IMG/VR virus record: IMGVR_UViG_3300012682_000002
Coordinates: 1-51,574 of that record
DNA: 51,574 nucleotides
Direction: 5' to 3' (one strand)
From: a virus
Below, piece by piece: positions 18,696 to 28,143 of this stretch (positions are counted from its first letter, which is position 1; every line of letters begins with the position of its first letter). A program made the position numbers and the translations under genes. The notes under the pieces were generated by a model. It did not search any database. It had not been told where the DNA came from and saw only the letters and a list, made by a program, of their open reading frames with translations.

Positions 18696-19072
18696 TCCAC
18701 CTGGAGGGTACTCAGCACCTCTTCGGCGATCCGGTTGAGGATGCGGATGCCCAGCCCTTCCAGCGTTTCGACGGTGACGGGGAGCGTATTCTGCACATCG
18801 CCTTCGTAGAGGTCCCAATGCTCGATCAAGCGTATCAGGAGCTGGTATGTCGACATCATGTTGATGTCGACATCGTCGTCCGTCTCTTCGCCGGCCTCGG
18901 CCGCCACCGCCTGGGCCTTCTTCATGTCGCGAGTAGCGCGGCGCAACTCCCGCTGCACCTTCGGCGTCAACTCCTCCGGGCGCACCCAGATCACCAAGTT
19001 TTCATCGGTGCCGTCGAACCCCAGCACGATGCGGGTCGTGAGGCTGCGAATCCTAGTCGGACTAATCGGCAT
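18590..19072 (-). CDS. Tail assembly chaperone (gpG-like)
   Basis: 160-aa acidic ORF between the major tail protein and the tape measure. Overlapped by a -1 frame ORF. Confidence 0.7.
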   Translation of the reverse strand: MPISPTRIRSLTTRIVLGFDGTDENLVIWVRPEELTPKVQRELRRATRDMKKAQAVAAEAGEETDDDVDINMMSTYQLLIRLIEHWDLYEGDVQNTLPVTVETLEGLGIRILNRIAEEVLSTLQVDPKKSPTSARGYNVIEGSATAAKPQALPTGTSFSN

Positions 19073-19119
19073 CGGTGGCCCCCTCCTTCGGGGCGCGCGA
19101 TCCTTGTGCGCTCACTCGG

Positions 19120-20109
19120 TTAGAGCGCGATCGTGGAGTTGGTGATCACGGCGTTGATCGCATAGCCGCCCGTGGCATCGTGAACGATGTCGGCCGGCCA
19201 TTCCCACGTCCGCACGCCGTTGCGATCGCCGCGCGTGGGCGGGCCGCTCACCTTGACGGCCAATTTGAACAGTGCGTCGTACGTGATCGCCCCTTCGATG
19301 AGGCCGCCGACGATGCTGATCTGGACGAACTTGGTCGAGCCGGCACGCATTTGCGTAAGCAGACCGGCGCCGGCCGCGTCGTACTCCTGGACGATGGTGA
19401 CACTGCCCGAAGGCTCCGACTGCGCCAGCGCCACGAAGGACGGCTGCGCCGCGTCCAGCACCCAGACCGGCGACACCATGTTGCCGATCTCGAACCCGGC
19501 AGCGAAGAGGCGCGTCGCCTTCGTCGTACCCAGCCCCGCCCAGGTGTCGTCGAGGTAGACGCTCGTCTGCGTGGCGAGCATCGGGATCAGGGGGAGGAGC
19601 GTCGGCGTGGCGGTGAGCGTGATTCCGTCGATGATCGCACGGGCGATGATGCTCCCGCCGACCGTGACCCCGCCCTCCTTATCGACGTTGAGGGAGAAAC
19701 CGGTGAACTGTGCGCCCGTCGATTTGAAGGCGCGGGTGGCCGCGTCGCCGATCTCGATTGTGTAGCTCTTGACGGCATTGACCGACGTAGAGGACGGCGT
19801 GAACGTGTGCCGGCGCGCCGCGGTGGCGCCGGTCGGCGTCGTGATCACGCCGACCGAGAGGATCGAGTTGAGCGGATAGATGATCTCGTCAAAGACGCCG
19901 GTACCGTCAACGCTGCCCTCAGACCACTCCCGCATGGGCGGGTAGAGCGTCGGCCAGATGTAGCCTTGCGGCCGGATGCGTTGGCCCTCCCACATGGGGC
20001 CGATGTCGATGCTCATGGACTGAAGCTTCTTGTTAGCCGCGACCGACGTTCCATACGTCGTTTCAACGCCGAGCTGAATCCCCTCGGTGATGATTGTACT
20101 TTCCGGCAT
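19120..20109 (-). CDS. Major tail (tube) protein
   Basis: ORF 19120-20175 trimmed to ATG 20109, which follows GGAGG. 329 aa. Positioned just upstream of the chaperone pair. Confidence 0.65.
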   Translation of the reverse strand: MPESTIITEGIQLGVETTYGTSVAANKKLQSMSIDIGPMWEGQRIRPQGYIWPTLYPPMREWSEGSVDGTGVFDEIIYPLNSILSVGVITTPTGATAARRHTFTPSSTSVNAVKSYTIEIGDAATRAFKSTGAQFTGFSLNVDKEGGVTVGGSIIARAIIDGITLTATPTLLPLIPMLATQTSVYLDDTWAGLGTTKATRLFAAGFEIGNMVSPVWVLDAAQPSFVALAQSEPSGSVTIVQEYDAAGAGLLTQMRAGSTKFVQISIVGGLIEGAITYDALFKLAVKVSGPPTRGDRNGVRTWEWPADIVHDATGGYAINAVITNSTIAL

Positions 20110-20208
20110 GACAACCTCCGCGACATGCGAAAGCCCCGGCTCATCACCGGGGCGTCTGCATGGCGCGTTCCCCACGCGGGGGAAGTGGCCGTCAAATGTG
20201 GGACACTC

Positions 20209-20415
20209 CTACCGCTCGCGCGGCAGGAAACTCGGCTCCTTCGGCTCGTGCCTGCCGATCTGCAACTGCTGCTCGATGACGCCGTTCACCGCAAGTAATT
20301 CCCGCCGCAACGACAGCCAGAAGGCGCGGTCATCCGTGGTGCGTGTGGTGGCGCGAATCAGCGAGAGGATGGCACGGCGCACGGCGATCCAGAGGAGGCG
20401 GTTACTGGGGGTCAT
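20209..20415 (-). CDS. Hypothetical protein
   Basis: 68-aa ORF overlap-coupled (ATGA) to the upstream gene. Confidence 0.45.
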   Translation of the reverse strand: MTPSNRLLWIAVRRAILSLIRATTRTTDDRAFWLSLRRELLAVNGVIEQQLQIGRHEPKEPSFLPRER

Positions 20416-20843
20416 GCCGTCTCTCTCAGGACCAAATCGTACTCAACATCCACGCGATCCCAGCCCAACGCCCGATCGTCGTCACTGACCGGCACAGGCA
20501 GAATCTGCGCCCGTGTGACCGCATCGATAGTCGCGCCGGTGGTTGTGCCGGTAGCGCTATGGAGGCGGGCATGGATACGATCCATCACCGCACCAAGTGT
20601 GAACGGCGATAGCTTGCGACCCCACACCGATATCTGAACCGTGACATCGACGTAGATGATCACCTGGCCGAGCGGGCTATGGTCCTCCGCCGTCACTTCC
20701 TGAATGACGACGTAGAGCGATGGGTCGCCGGCGACATGCCCCATCCGGTAGATGTTGCCGCCGGTGAGCGTCGAGACGCCGCCCGCGCCAGTATCCTGGG
20801 TGAGACGTTCGTAGACCCATTGCCGGGCGCGGATCGTTTCCAC
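20412..20843 (-). CDS. Tail completion/terminator-like protein
   Basis: 143 aa. Called from its position between the gp10-like and major tail genes and from typical size. Confidence 0.5.
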   Translation of the reverse strand: METIRARQWVYERLTQDTGAGGVSTLTGGNIYRMGHVAGDPSLYVVIQEVTAEDHSPLGQVIIYVDVTVQISVWGRKLSPFTLGAVMDRIHARLHSATGTTTGATIDAVTRAQILPVPVSDDDRALGWDRVDVEYDLVLRETA

Positions 20844-21173
20844 CTAACCCCCCGCGATCCCCTGCATCTCGTCGAGGTAAGCGGCCTTGTTCGCTTCCGC
20901 CGCCCGTCGTGCCGCCGGATTCGCAGCGGCACGGCGGGTGCCTAGCTCGTGGTAGGCGGCATAGTCCAGGCCAGAGAAGACGCCCGTCGTATCAGCGCCA
21001 TCCTCGCCGACCTGAATCGAGTTGCGGAGCGCGCCGGTGCGGACATGAACGCCCGCCGCCCAATCGCGCTTGACGTTCTCCGCGTACCGCTTGCGGGCGG
21101 CGCGGGCGCGCGGCGCGATGCCGGCGGCAATGCGGCCGAGGTCGTTTTTCTTGACGACGACCGCAAAGCTCAT
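20844..21173 (-). CDS. HK97 gp10-like head-tail joining protein
   Basis: 109 aa. RTGALRNSI...YAAYHELGT matches the gp10-family pattern. Confidence 0.6.
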   Translation of the reverse strand: MSFAVVVKKNDLGRIAAGIAPRARAARKRYAENVKRDWAAGVHVRTGALRNSIQVGEDGADTTGVFSGLDYAAYHELGTRRAAANPAARRAAEANKAAYLDEMQGIAGG

Positions 21174-21389
21174 CTACTCCACCTTCCGTACGCCGCGCTT
21201 CGGCTCGTCGGCGTCCGCCTCGGCGCGGTGCGCGGGCGGCTCCGACTCGATCGGCTCGAACTCCGCGCCGGCGGCCTCGTAGCCGAGAATCTTTCCCTTG
21301 GGATAGAGTTTCTCCGCCTCCGCGCGCGACCCGACGACGACGGTCCCCGTCACGCCTTTCTCGATCTGAACCACCACTGCCTTTGCCAT
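21174..21389 (-). CDS. Hypothetical protein
   Basis: ORF 21174-21473 trimmed to ATG 21389, which follows GGGAGG. 71 aa. Confidence 0.5.
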   Translation of the reverse strand: MAKAVVVQIEKGVTGTVVVGSRAEAEKLYPKGKILGYEAAGAEFEPIESEPPAHRAEADADEPKRGVRKVE

Positions 21390-21399
21390 CTCATCCTCC

Positions 21400-21555
21400 C
21401 TATTGCTTCCGCGCCCGCTTGGGCAGTTTGCCAACCTTGACGCCGCGCAGTGCGTTCTTGGCCGTGGCGTCACTCAACCCTTTCGGATTCTTCGCCTTGC
21501 CACCGATCATCGCGCCCAGGTAGCGTGCTTGCTTCTGTGAGTGGACTTTCACCAC
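21400..21555 (-). CDS. Small Lys-rich hypothetical protein (51 aa, below the ORF-track cutoff)
   Basis: Hand translation from GTG 21555: VVKVHSQKQARYLGAMIGGKAKNPKGLSDATAKNALRGVKVGKLPKRARKQ*. GAGG lies upstream. Fills an otherwise empty gap. Confidence 0.4.
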   Translation of the reverse strand: MVKVHSQKQARYLGAMIGGKAKNPKGLSDATAKNALRGVKVGKLPKRARKQ

Positions 21556-21556
21556 G

Positions 21557-21928
21557 TCACCTCGTTTCGTTCGCACTCACCAGGAGCACGACCGCCCCCG
21601 TGCCGCCCGACTCCGGGTCGCCGGTGACGGTGAACTTTCGCGCCGACCACAGCACGCGGTCCCCCGCCTTTACTTCCGTTACCAGCGGCAGCCGGAAGAG
21701 CCACGCACCCACACTCGCCAACCGCGCCGCGACTGTGCCGTCACGCGCCGTCGCCGTCAGCGTCGCCATGCACGGCACGTCGCTGGCGACGGCCTGCTCG
21801 CCGCCTTGATAGCGGCTGCCATCGGCTTCGATAACCATCACGTCACGCATGATCGTGCAGGTGTCCGTGAGCATCAGTGCGCCGGCGGCCTGCATCTGGG
21901 TGCGCTGAATCGATGTCGGCAGACTCAT
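21557..21928 (-). CDS. Head-tail adaptor/head closure protein
   Basis: ORF 21557-22156 trimmed to ATG 21928 (ATGA overlap). 123 aa. Called from position in the connector module. Confidence 0.5.
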   Translation of the reverse strand: MSLPTSIQRTQMQAAGALMLTDTCTIMRDVMVIEADGSRYQGGEQAVASDVPCMATLTATARDGTVAARLASVGAWLFRLPLVTEVKAGDRVLWSARKFTVTGDPESGGTGAVVLLVSANETR

Positions 21929-22257
21929 GCGTATTCGCCCTCTGCGACCGCAAAGCGATCGCACGTCAACGTGCCACTCGTCGCCGATGCCCGCCAGCGC
22001 AGCCGGTCGGCACGCTCCTGGTACTGCTTCTGCATCCCGGTCATATCGATCGACTGCCCATCGGCGGACCAACGAAAGGCCGCCGCGCCACGCGAGGCCA
22101 GCTGCTCGCAGCAGAGGGCGGCGGCGAGCAGGAGGGAACCACCTGCCGCCGCCCACTGATAAGCGATGTCCTCGTCATCGAGTGTGCCGTCGTCGGTCGC
22201 CGTGCCTAGCGCCTCACGGCGCACGGCGACGATCTCGGTGGCCGTGGGGTTCGCCAT
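21925..22257 (-). CDS. Head-tail connector protein
   Basis: 110-aa ORF downstream of the capsid genes. Positional call. Confidence 0.5.
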   Translation of the reverse strand: MANPTATEIVAVRREALGTATDDGTLDDEDIAYQWAAAGGSLLLAAALCCEQLASRGAAAFRWSADGQSIDMTGMQKQYQERADRLRWRASATSGTLTCDRFAVAEGEYA

Positions 22258-22267
22258 TGCCTACCCC

Positions 22268-22480
22268 CTAGCCGTTGAGCGGCTCGCCTTCGGCGTTCAC
22301 GAACGTCTTGCCGTCCGTGGCGAGGTACTTGCCGCCCGGTTCGGTCTCGTCCAGTTGCTTGCGTTCCGCTTCCTCGCGGGCTTCGGCCGTGGCCCGTTGC
22401 GCCTCGACGCTGCGCGGGTCGGCCATCTGGGGGCGCTGTTGCTCTGCCATCTGGGGGCGCTGCTGCTGTTGCTCTGCCAT
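22268..22480 (-). CDS. Hypothetical small protein
   Basis: ORF 22268-22534 trimmed to ATG 22480, which follows GGAGG. MAEQQ(QQ)RPQMA is duplicated at the N-terminus. Confidence 0.5.
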   Translation of the reverse strand: MAEQQQQRPQMAEQQRPQMADPRSVEAQRATAEAREEAERKQLDETEPGGKYLATDGKTFVNAEGEPLNG

Positions 22481-22537
22481 CGTTCGAGCCTCCTCTGACA
22501 AGAGCGGCGGGGCAGTGCTGCCCCGCCGCATCACTGG

Positions 22538-23587
22538 TTAGACAATCGTGGGCGAGACATAGGCCGCACCCGAAACGTAAAGGACCGCTCCATTAACGCG
22601 GTTGTAGACCCCTACCCCCATCTCCCGCTCGAACGACCGCGCCCGGAGCGGATGCGTCTCGTTCTCGTAGATCAGGGAGAGGTCGCCGCCGCCAGGGTTG
22701 CGCGTGCGGAAGGCGAGCGGCTTGGGCGCGCCGTTCACGAAGGCGAAAATGTAGCCACTGACCGGCCACGGCTTCACCCACACCTCGGCGCCGTTGTAGA
22801 TGCCGATGGCGCGGTTGTTGAAGTTGATCAGGTCGAGCGCGCCACCCGCGCTGGCCCCGGTTGTCGCCGGCGTGATGCGCTGGTCGAGGTAGGCGACGAA
22901 GCCGGTAAAGGCCCGCACCGCCCCCTCCTGAGCGCGATTGATGAACACCTGCGCATCACCCGCGCCCTGATGCTCGACCACCGTCTCGATCAACGCCGTC
23001 AGGTCGGCGGCCACGAACGCCGCCGTAGCCAAGTAGTGCGTGTGGGTGGCCGCGTTGAACGGCTCGCCGTTCGGCCCCAGCGGGATCGCCGCCGAGTCCG
23101 CGTTGACGAACGCCTTCACCGGGAGCGACACGTTAGCGACGAGCCGGTCGAGGAAGGTAGCGTTCGTCGCCTTGAAGATGGCCCGCTTCAGCTCGCGCTG
23201 GATCGCCTTGGCATCAGCGGTGATCGCCGCATCGACGGCGGCCGCCATCTCCTGGCCCGTCATCACCTGAAAGGCGGTGCGGGTCCACTGAAGGGCGAGG
23301 CCGTACTTGCGGAGCGGGAAGCCGACGTTCGACCCGGCCGCGATCTTCTGCGGGTTCGGGTCGCCGTACTCGTCGAGTTCCTGCATGGACATCTCGTCCG
23401 AGCCGCCATACCGACGGAGGTTATCCGTGGTCGGCTCGGCGAACATGGTGAGCAGCTCGCGCATGATCGCGTTGTGGGCGTCAAGCGCCGCGTCGATTGC
23501 CTGGAATGCATTGTCCTCGCCGAACTGCGCGACCGTCTGCTGAGAGGCGGCGAGCGTGTCGAGGACGCTGAACGTTCCGAAAGCCAT
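22538..23587 (-). CDS. Major capsid protein
   Basis: 349 aa. Follows the scaffold and decoration-like genes. Size and position are typical of HK97-fold capsid proteins. Confidence 0.75.
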   Translation of the reverse strand: MAFGTFSVLDTLAASQQTVAQFGEDNAFQAIDAALDAHNAIMRELLTMFAEPTTDNLRRYGGSDEMSMQELDEYGDPNPQKIAAGSNVGFPLRKYGLALQWTRTAFQVMTGQEMAAAVDAAITADAKAIQRELKRAIFKATNATFLDRLVANVSLPVKAFVNADSAAIPLGPNGEPFNAATHTHYLATAAFVAADLTALIETVVEHQGAGDAQVFINRAQEGAVRAFTGFVAYLDQRITPATTGASAGGALDLINFNNRAIGIYNGAEVWVKPWPVSGYIFAFVNGAPKPLAFRTRNPGGGDLSLIYENETHPLRARSFEREMGVGVYNRVNGAVLYVSGAAYVSPTIV

Positions 23588-23604
23588 AGCTCAATCCCCC
23601 TCTC

Positions 23605-24000
23605 TTAGTAGGTGCTCAGGAGCACACGGATTACCGTGGCGCTCTCGACGAAGCCAACGGCCGCGGTGCCGCCCACACTGGTGGCGTCCGCCAGTCCGCC
23701 GGGGACCGTGCCACTGACGAACAGGTTGGCGCCCGGCGTTAGGCCGGCGCCGTAGCGGATAGCGATATCGTGGTAGAGGCTGACGGCCTCACCGCTGGCG
23801 GCGGCCGTGAGCGCAAAGCCGCGCACCTTAGCGGCAGCGTTAGCGGCGGCTCCGGTCGAAAGTAGTGCCGTGCCGTCCGTGTGGATGTAGCAGGCGTCGC
23901 CGGCGGCGATAGCCACACCCGCGAGTACGTTGATCACCGCGGTCTGGGCCGGCGTGCGAGAGGCGAGCGACGGGACGCCGCTCTTGACCAACTCGGCCAT
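23605..24000 (-). CDS. Head decoration-like protein (DUF2190-like)
   Basis: 131 aa, Ala/Gly-rich, between the scaffold and capsid genes. Confidence 0.5.
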   Translation of the reverse strand: MAELVKSGVPSLASRTPAQTAVINVLAGVAIAAGDACYIHTDGTALLSTGAAANAAAKVRGFALTAAASGEAVSLYHDIAIRYGAGLTPGANLFVSGTVPGGLADATSVGGTAAVGFVESATVIRVLLSTY

Positions 24001-24039
24001 GTCTGAGTTCCTTTCCTATGCACGCCGCCACGATCGGGA

Positions 24040-24666
24040 CTAGAGCAGCCCGCGATACCGGCCGGATGCGTTCGCATCCCGGCGCGCTTGTTCTGCGACT
24101 TGCTGTTTGGTGGCGACGGCCGTCGTGCCGCCGCCGTTGATGTCCGGTACCCCGGATTTGGTGGCCGTCAGATAGGGCCGGTCCTTGAGCACGGCATCGA
24201 GCGCCACGCCGACTGCCTTGCCATCCGGCGTGCCATCCTCGGTGAACGGCACCGACGAAAGGTCCGCCAACGCGAGCGCATCGGTGAGCGGCTGGCCGCT
24301 CAGTCCTTTGCCGGCAGCGGCGTTCGAGAACGCCATATGCAGGCGCGCGGTGCGGAGCGAAGTGACGGCCGCGTCGCGTTCGGCTTCGGCTTTGGCGGCG
24401 CGGTCGGTGAGCTTATCGAGGTCCGACTTGCTCGACTCCTCGATCTCGGCGAGCCGCTTGGCGGCAGCGCGCAGTTGCTTGATCTCATCCGACTCGCGTA
24501 CTTGCTTCTCAGTGGCGCGGCGAATGTCCGCGTCCCGTCGATCGGATTCCTCGCGCGTCATCTGGATGACTGCGCCCTGATTCCCGCTCGTGCCGGCGGG
24601 CTGGCTCGTCTGCGTCTCTTGCGTCAGGGTGGTTGTCTCCGCAACAGTCGCCGTCTCGTCTGCCAT
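24040..24666 (-). CDS. Scaffolding protein
   Basis: ORF 24040-24681 trimmed to ATG 24666, which follows GAAGGA. Charged coiled-coil (EIKQLRAAAKRLAEIEESSKSDLDKL). Lies upstream of the capsid gene. Confidence 0.65.
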   Translation of the reverse strand: MADETATVAETTTLTQETQTSQPAGTSGNQGAVIQMTREESDRRDADIRRATEKQVRESDEIKQLRAAAKRLAEIEESSKSDLDKLTDRAAKAEAERDAAVTSLRTARLHMAFSNAAAGKGLSGQPLTDALALADLSSVPFTEDGTPDGKAVGVALDAVLKDRPYLTATKSGVPDINGGGTTAVATKQQVAEQARRDANASGRYRGLL

Positions 24667-24706
24667 CGTTTGATCCTTCACCCGGCGTTGCGGCCGGTAC
24701 GCCTAC

Positions 24707-24736
24707 GCAAAAAGGCCGCCCCCGGAAGGGCGGCCG
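24707..24736 (-). terminator. Rho-independent terminator
   Basis: ggccgccc (24714-24721) pairs with gggcggcc (24728-24735), 6-nt loop. On the minus strand it is followed by TTTTTG. Confidence 0.65.
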
Positions 24737-24767
24737 TACGACAGGATGATCGGTGGATATGGTGAGG

Positions 24768-25121
24768 TCAGCGCGTCTGGGCCATCGTGATACCGCCCCG
24801 CTGGGCGATCCACTCCACGTCGGGGTGGGCGTGCAGCACCGCCACGCCGTCATAGCGGAACCGCTCCCGAAACTCGTGCTCCAAGTAGCTCAAGCACGCC
24901 TTGAACGCCATGCGGATCACGTCGTTCGCCGAGTGCTGCCACTCGACTAAGACCAAGTTCCCGTCCATCTTCAGCACTTCGTTGCCCGTGTCGTTGTTCG
25001 GGGCCATCTGCCAAACACGGAGGAACATGAGATCGTTGATGTCTATGACTTCGACGCTCAGGTCGGGGACAGTGATCCGCCCGACAATCGCTTCGACTTC
25101 GGCGCGCGTCAAGGGCGTCAT
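24768..25121 (-). CDS. Hypothetical protein
   Basis: ORF 24768-25154 trimmed to ATG 25121 (TGATG overlap). 117 aa. Confidence 0.5.
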   Translation of the reverse strand: MTPLTRAEVEAIVGRITVPDLSVEVIDINDLMFLRVWQMAPNNDTGNEVLKMDGNLVLVEWQHSANDVIRMAFKACLSYLEHEFRERFRYDGVAVLHAHPDVEWIAQRGGITMAQTR

Positions 25122-25375
25122 CAGCCCGCCCCGCAGCCGTGGCCCTCCGGCCACAGGCAGCGCGCGAGTATCGCCCCGGCGTACTCGGTTGCCATCCGGC
25201 CGGCGGCTCGCTCCGGCACGCCGCCGACGCGCAGCCCCTGGTAGTAACTCGCCACCTGCTGACCAAAGCGCGCCGCGCCGAGCAGCGCCTCGCTTTGCGT
25301 GAGCTGAGCACTGGCGGCGTCAGCGACGCGGTTGACCGATTCGGCCAACTCGTCAGAATTGGTATCCGGCATCAT
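25121..25375 (-). CDS. Hypothetical protein
   Basis: 84-aa ORF in the head-morphogenesis operon. Confidence 0.5.
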   Translation of the reverse strand: MMPDTNSDELAESVNRVADAASAQLTQSEALLGAARFGQQVASYYQGLRVGGVPERAAGRMATEYAGAILARCLWPEGHGCGAG

Positions 25376-25381
25376 CGCACC

Positions 25382-25669
25382 TCATTTCCCGCGATACTCG
25401 GCGAGTGCATCAATCACGGCCCGCTCACCGCTATCCTGAGAGTCCCACCATTCAACGGCGTGCCAAACAGGAGAGAGGCGATCATGGCGCGTCTTCAAGC
25501 GGATACGAGCTTGCCGCAGCAACAGCAACAGCTCATGCGTCTCACGAGCGGCATCTTCGGCATATCCCAACCCAGCAAGGCGATCAGCCATGTGCTCGAT
25601 CATCCGTTCATGATCGAATAGGTCATCGGGGTCTTTGTAAGCGATGTAGTCGTAACTGCCGCCACTCAC
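25382..25669 (-). CDS. Hypothetical protein
   Basis: 95-aa ORF adjacent to the head morphogenesis gene. Confidence 0.5.
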   Translation of the reverse strand: MSGGSYDYIAYKDPDDLFDHERMIEHMADRLAGLGYAEDAARETHELLLLLRQARIRLKTRHDRLSPVWHAVEWWDSQDSGERAVIDALAEYRGK

Positions 25670-26614
25670 TTACCGCACCTCACTGAGCCGCCGCCGCGTT
25701 ACGACCGGCCCCCACTTCGTCTCTTCGATCTTCATGAACGCGGCAAGCGGCGCTCCGTCGCGGTACTTCGCCAGCGCCCCCGGCCCCAACACCGCCCGCT
25801 GGATGTTCTCCGGCTGCTCGCTGAACCACGCTTCGCCGTCTACACCTGCCGCGAGCAACTGAGGCGTCGCTACACATCGGCACCGAGGATGCGACGCCAT
25901 CACCGCATCCGAATCCTGCGCCTTGCCGTCGAGCGACACGCAGAGAATGCAGACTCGTCCGTCCCGCCGCGACCGCCGCACGAAGCGCGGCACGGCATCC
26001 CGGTTGGCCGCGTACGCCGCCGTCATCGCCGTCCGCCCGGCGCGCATCGTCTCCGTCGCCGCAATCGTTTCCAAGCGCGTCGCCGCCTGCTCGCTCGCTG
26101 TCTCCAAGACGCGCGCCGCGCTCAGTGCCGGCTGATCGCTCCGCAACGCCGCCGCTAGCGCCGTGCGCGTCCGCGTCACCGTGTCCCGCACCAGCGCACG
26201 CACCAGCGCCGGCAACGTCTTGCCCTGCACCGCCGCCAGTTGCGCGCGTACGTCCGCTACCGCCACCGGCTGCCAGGCAACACCGAGCGGCGCGGCCAAC
26301 ATGACGAGCCGGTGCGCCGCATCCAGCCCCGCGCCCACGGCCGCGCCCTGCGCCTGCATCAAGAGTGGCAGCACCATCGCCGCCGCATTGCCAACCACGC
26401 CGCCGAACGCTGCCGCCAGTACCCGACTCTCACGCGCCACGAACGCCGCCAACGCGCCGGGAGCAAGGGCGGCGAGCCGCATGGCGGCCGCACTTGCGTC
26501 AGCGGCTAAGCTCGGCAGCGCACGGGCGAGGTCGCCGAGCACAACGCGCATGATCGGGTCGGTGAGCGCATCAATCGCCAGGAGGAAGGCGCGCGTTTCG
26601 TCCGCGACGCTCAT
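25670..26614 (-). CDS. Head morphogenesis protein (SPP1 gp7 / Mu F-like)
   Basis: 314 aa. C-terminal DGRVCILCVSLDGK...HPRCRC is the signature of this family. Directly follows the portal gene. Confidence 0.8.
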   Translation of the reverse strand: MSVADETRAFLLAIDALTDPIMRVVLGDLARALPSLAADASAAAMRLAALAPGALAAFVARESRVLAAAFGGVVGNAAAMVLPLLMQAQGAAVGAGLDAAHRLVMLAAPLGVAWQPVAVADVRAQLAAVQGKTLPALVRALVRDTVTRTRTALAAALRSDQPALSAARVLETASEQAATRLETIAATETMRAGRTAMTAAYAANRDAVPRFVRRSRRDGRVCILCVSLDGKAQDSDAVMASHPRCRCVATPQLLAAGVDGEAWFSEQPENIQRAVLGPGALAKYRDGAPLAAFMKIEETKWGPVVTRRRLSEVR

Positions 26615-28143
26615 CCGCTTTGGTTCCCCGGCAAGAGCGCCGCCAGCCCGCGCAGCCGTCCGCCTTCCGCGTCGACCGCGCCGAGCGCCGCGTCACCAGG
26701 CGCCGCCGTGCCGTCCGCTTCCAGTTCCTCGCGCATCGCCGTGATCTGATCGGCCGTGAAGCCGCGCCGCCGCATCCGCTCCGGCCACGAAAGATCGTCC
26801 GCAGAAAGCGCCAGCTCTTGCTCCGTGGTCAGCGCCGAGCGGGTCTCGAACGGATGCCAGCGCGTCTCAATCGCCGCCGCCTTGTCGTACTGCGCGCCCG
26901 TGCCGAAGCGATTGCTCAGCCGGATCGCCAGCCGGCAGACATCCTCCCAGGCGTTCCCGAAAGTGACGGCGCGGTCGTCGACCTTCGCCACCAACCCCGA
27001 CTCGGCCGTCTTGAGCGCCTCGCCACTGGGCAAGCCGCCCTCCGGCCAGATCAGATGCAGCGGCACGCGCATCACGGCGGCAATCGTCTTCAGCTCGCGG
27101 TCGGCCGCGTCCTGGCAAGCGAGCACGTTGCCCGCCGTCAGTTGCCCGACGACGACGGGATTGGTCGGTATCATCGCCTTAAGCTGCCAGACGGCGCCCG
27201 GCGAGACGATCAACGCCTTCGGCTGGCGCGTCACCGGGTCTAGCGGCGTCTCGACATTGCTCACGTAGACCTGGCCCGCGCCCTGATAACTCATCGTCTC
27301 GGACGTGTACCAGATCCGCCGCGCATACTCGTCCTGGAGGGGGATCAAGTCGGAAAGTTCGCTATGCCCAAAGTCCGCGCCGCGCGGCCGGTTGCGGAAA
27401 GGCACGATCGGAATACCGAGCGGGCGGCCGTCCTCCGTGCGCCAGTCAATGACGCCACCATCGGGGTTGCCGTTGCTGTCGCGGTCATCGGTCCAGAGCT
27501 TCCACGCCGTCTCGTCCGGCTCTTGCGCGAACTTCTCGATCAACGCCGGCGTAAACTTGGTCAGCCGCCGTCGGTAGCGCACGATGCCACTGGAGTCGAT
27601 CTGCGGCTCCGCCCACGTCTTGTACGCCGCTGTCATCTGGTGGTAGCCGTCGTAAACGGGCATCATGGTGAGCGCATCGTGATAGGTGTACATGGGCAGG
27701 TTCGCGGCGGCATCGAAGCCGACGAGAACGTAGCTATCGCCCTTGACGAACGCCTGGCCGTGGACCGTGTTCTGGTGCTCATCCATGCGGCTATGCGCCC
27801 ACGCTTGGGCGAGCATCGTGTCGATGGCGGTATTCCCCGTCGCAAAGCCCGCCACGGCCATCCGCTCAATCAGCACGTCGATGCAAAGCGCACAGACGTT
27901 GTGCGTCGCGCCAAAGATGCGTTCGGCCCGCGTGCTCGCCTTGCGGTCGCCGAAGGTGATCAGGCGCGGATCGTCTTGGCGGCCGAGATAGTAATCCTCG
28001 TACAACTCGTAGGCCGCGTCGCGGTCATTGGCGATCCGTTCGGTGCGCGAGGCGTAGGCGATATCCACCGGACTGAGGCGCGCCGTATCCGAGCGTCCTA
28101 CCAGGCCGACGATGGCCGAACCAATCGTGTCGAGGAGGGTCAC
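26611..28143 (-). CDS. Portal protein
   Basis: 510 aa. Lies between TerL and the gp7-like gene, with ATGA-type overlaps. Confidence 0.8.
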   Translation of the reverse strand: MTLLDTIGSAIVGLVGRSDTARLSPVDIAYASRTERIANDRDAAYELYEDYYLGRQDDPRLITFGDRKASTRAERIFGATHNVCALCIDVLIERMAVAGFATGNTAIDTMLAQAWAHSRMDEHQNTVHGQAFVKGDSYVLVGFDAAANLPMYTYHDALTMMPVYDGYHQMTAAYKTWAEPQIDSSGIVRYRRRLTKFTPALIEKFAQEPDETAWKLWTDDRDSNGNPDGGVIDWRTEDGRPLGIPIVPFRNRPRGADFGHSELSDLIPLQDEYARRIWYTSETMSYQGAGQVYVSNVETPLDPVTRQPKALIVSPGAVWQLKAMIPTNPVVVGQLTAGNVLACQDAADRELKTIAAVMRVPLHLIWPEGGLPSGEALKTAESGLVAKVDDRAVTFGNAWEDVCRLAIRLSNRFGTGAQYDKAAAIETRWHPFETRSALTTEQELALSADDLSWPERMRRRGFTADQITAMREELEADGTAAPGDAALGAVDAEGGRLRGLAALLPGNQSG

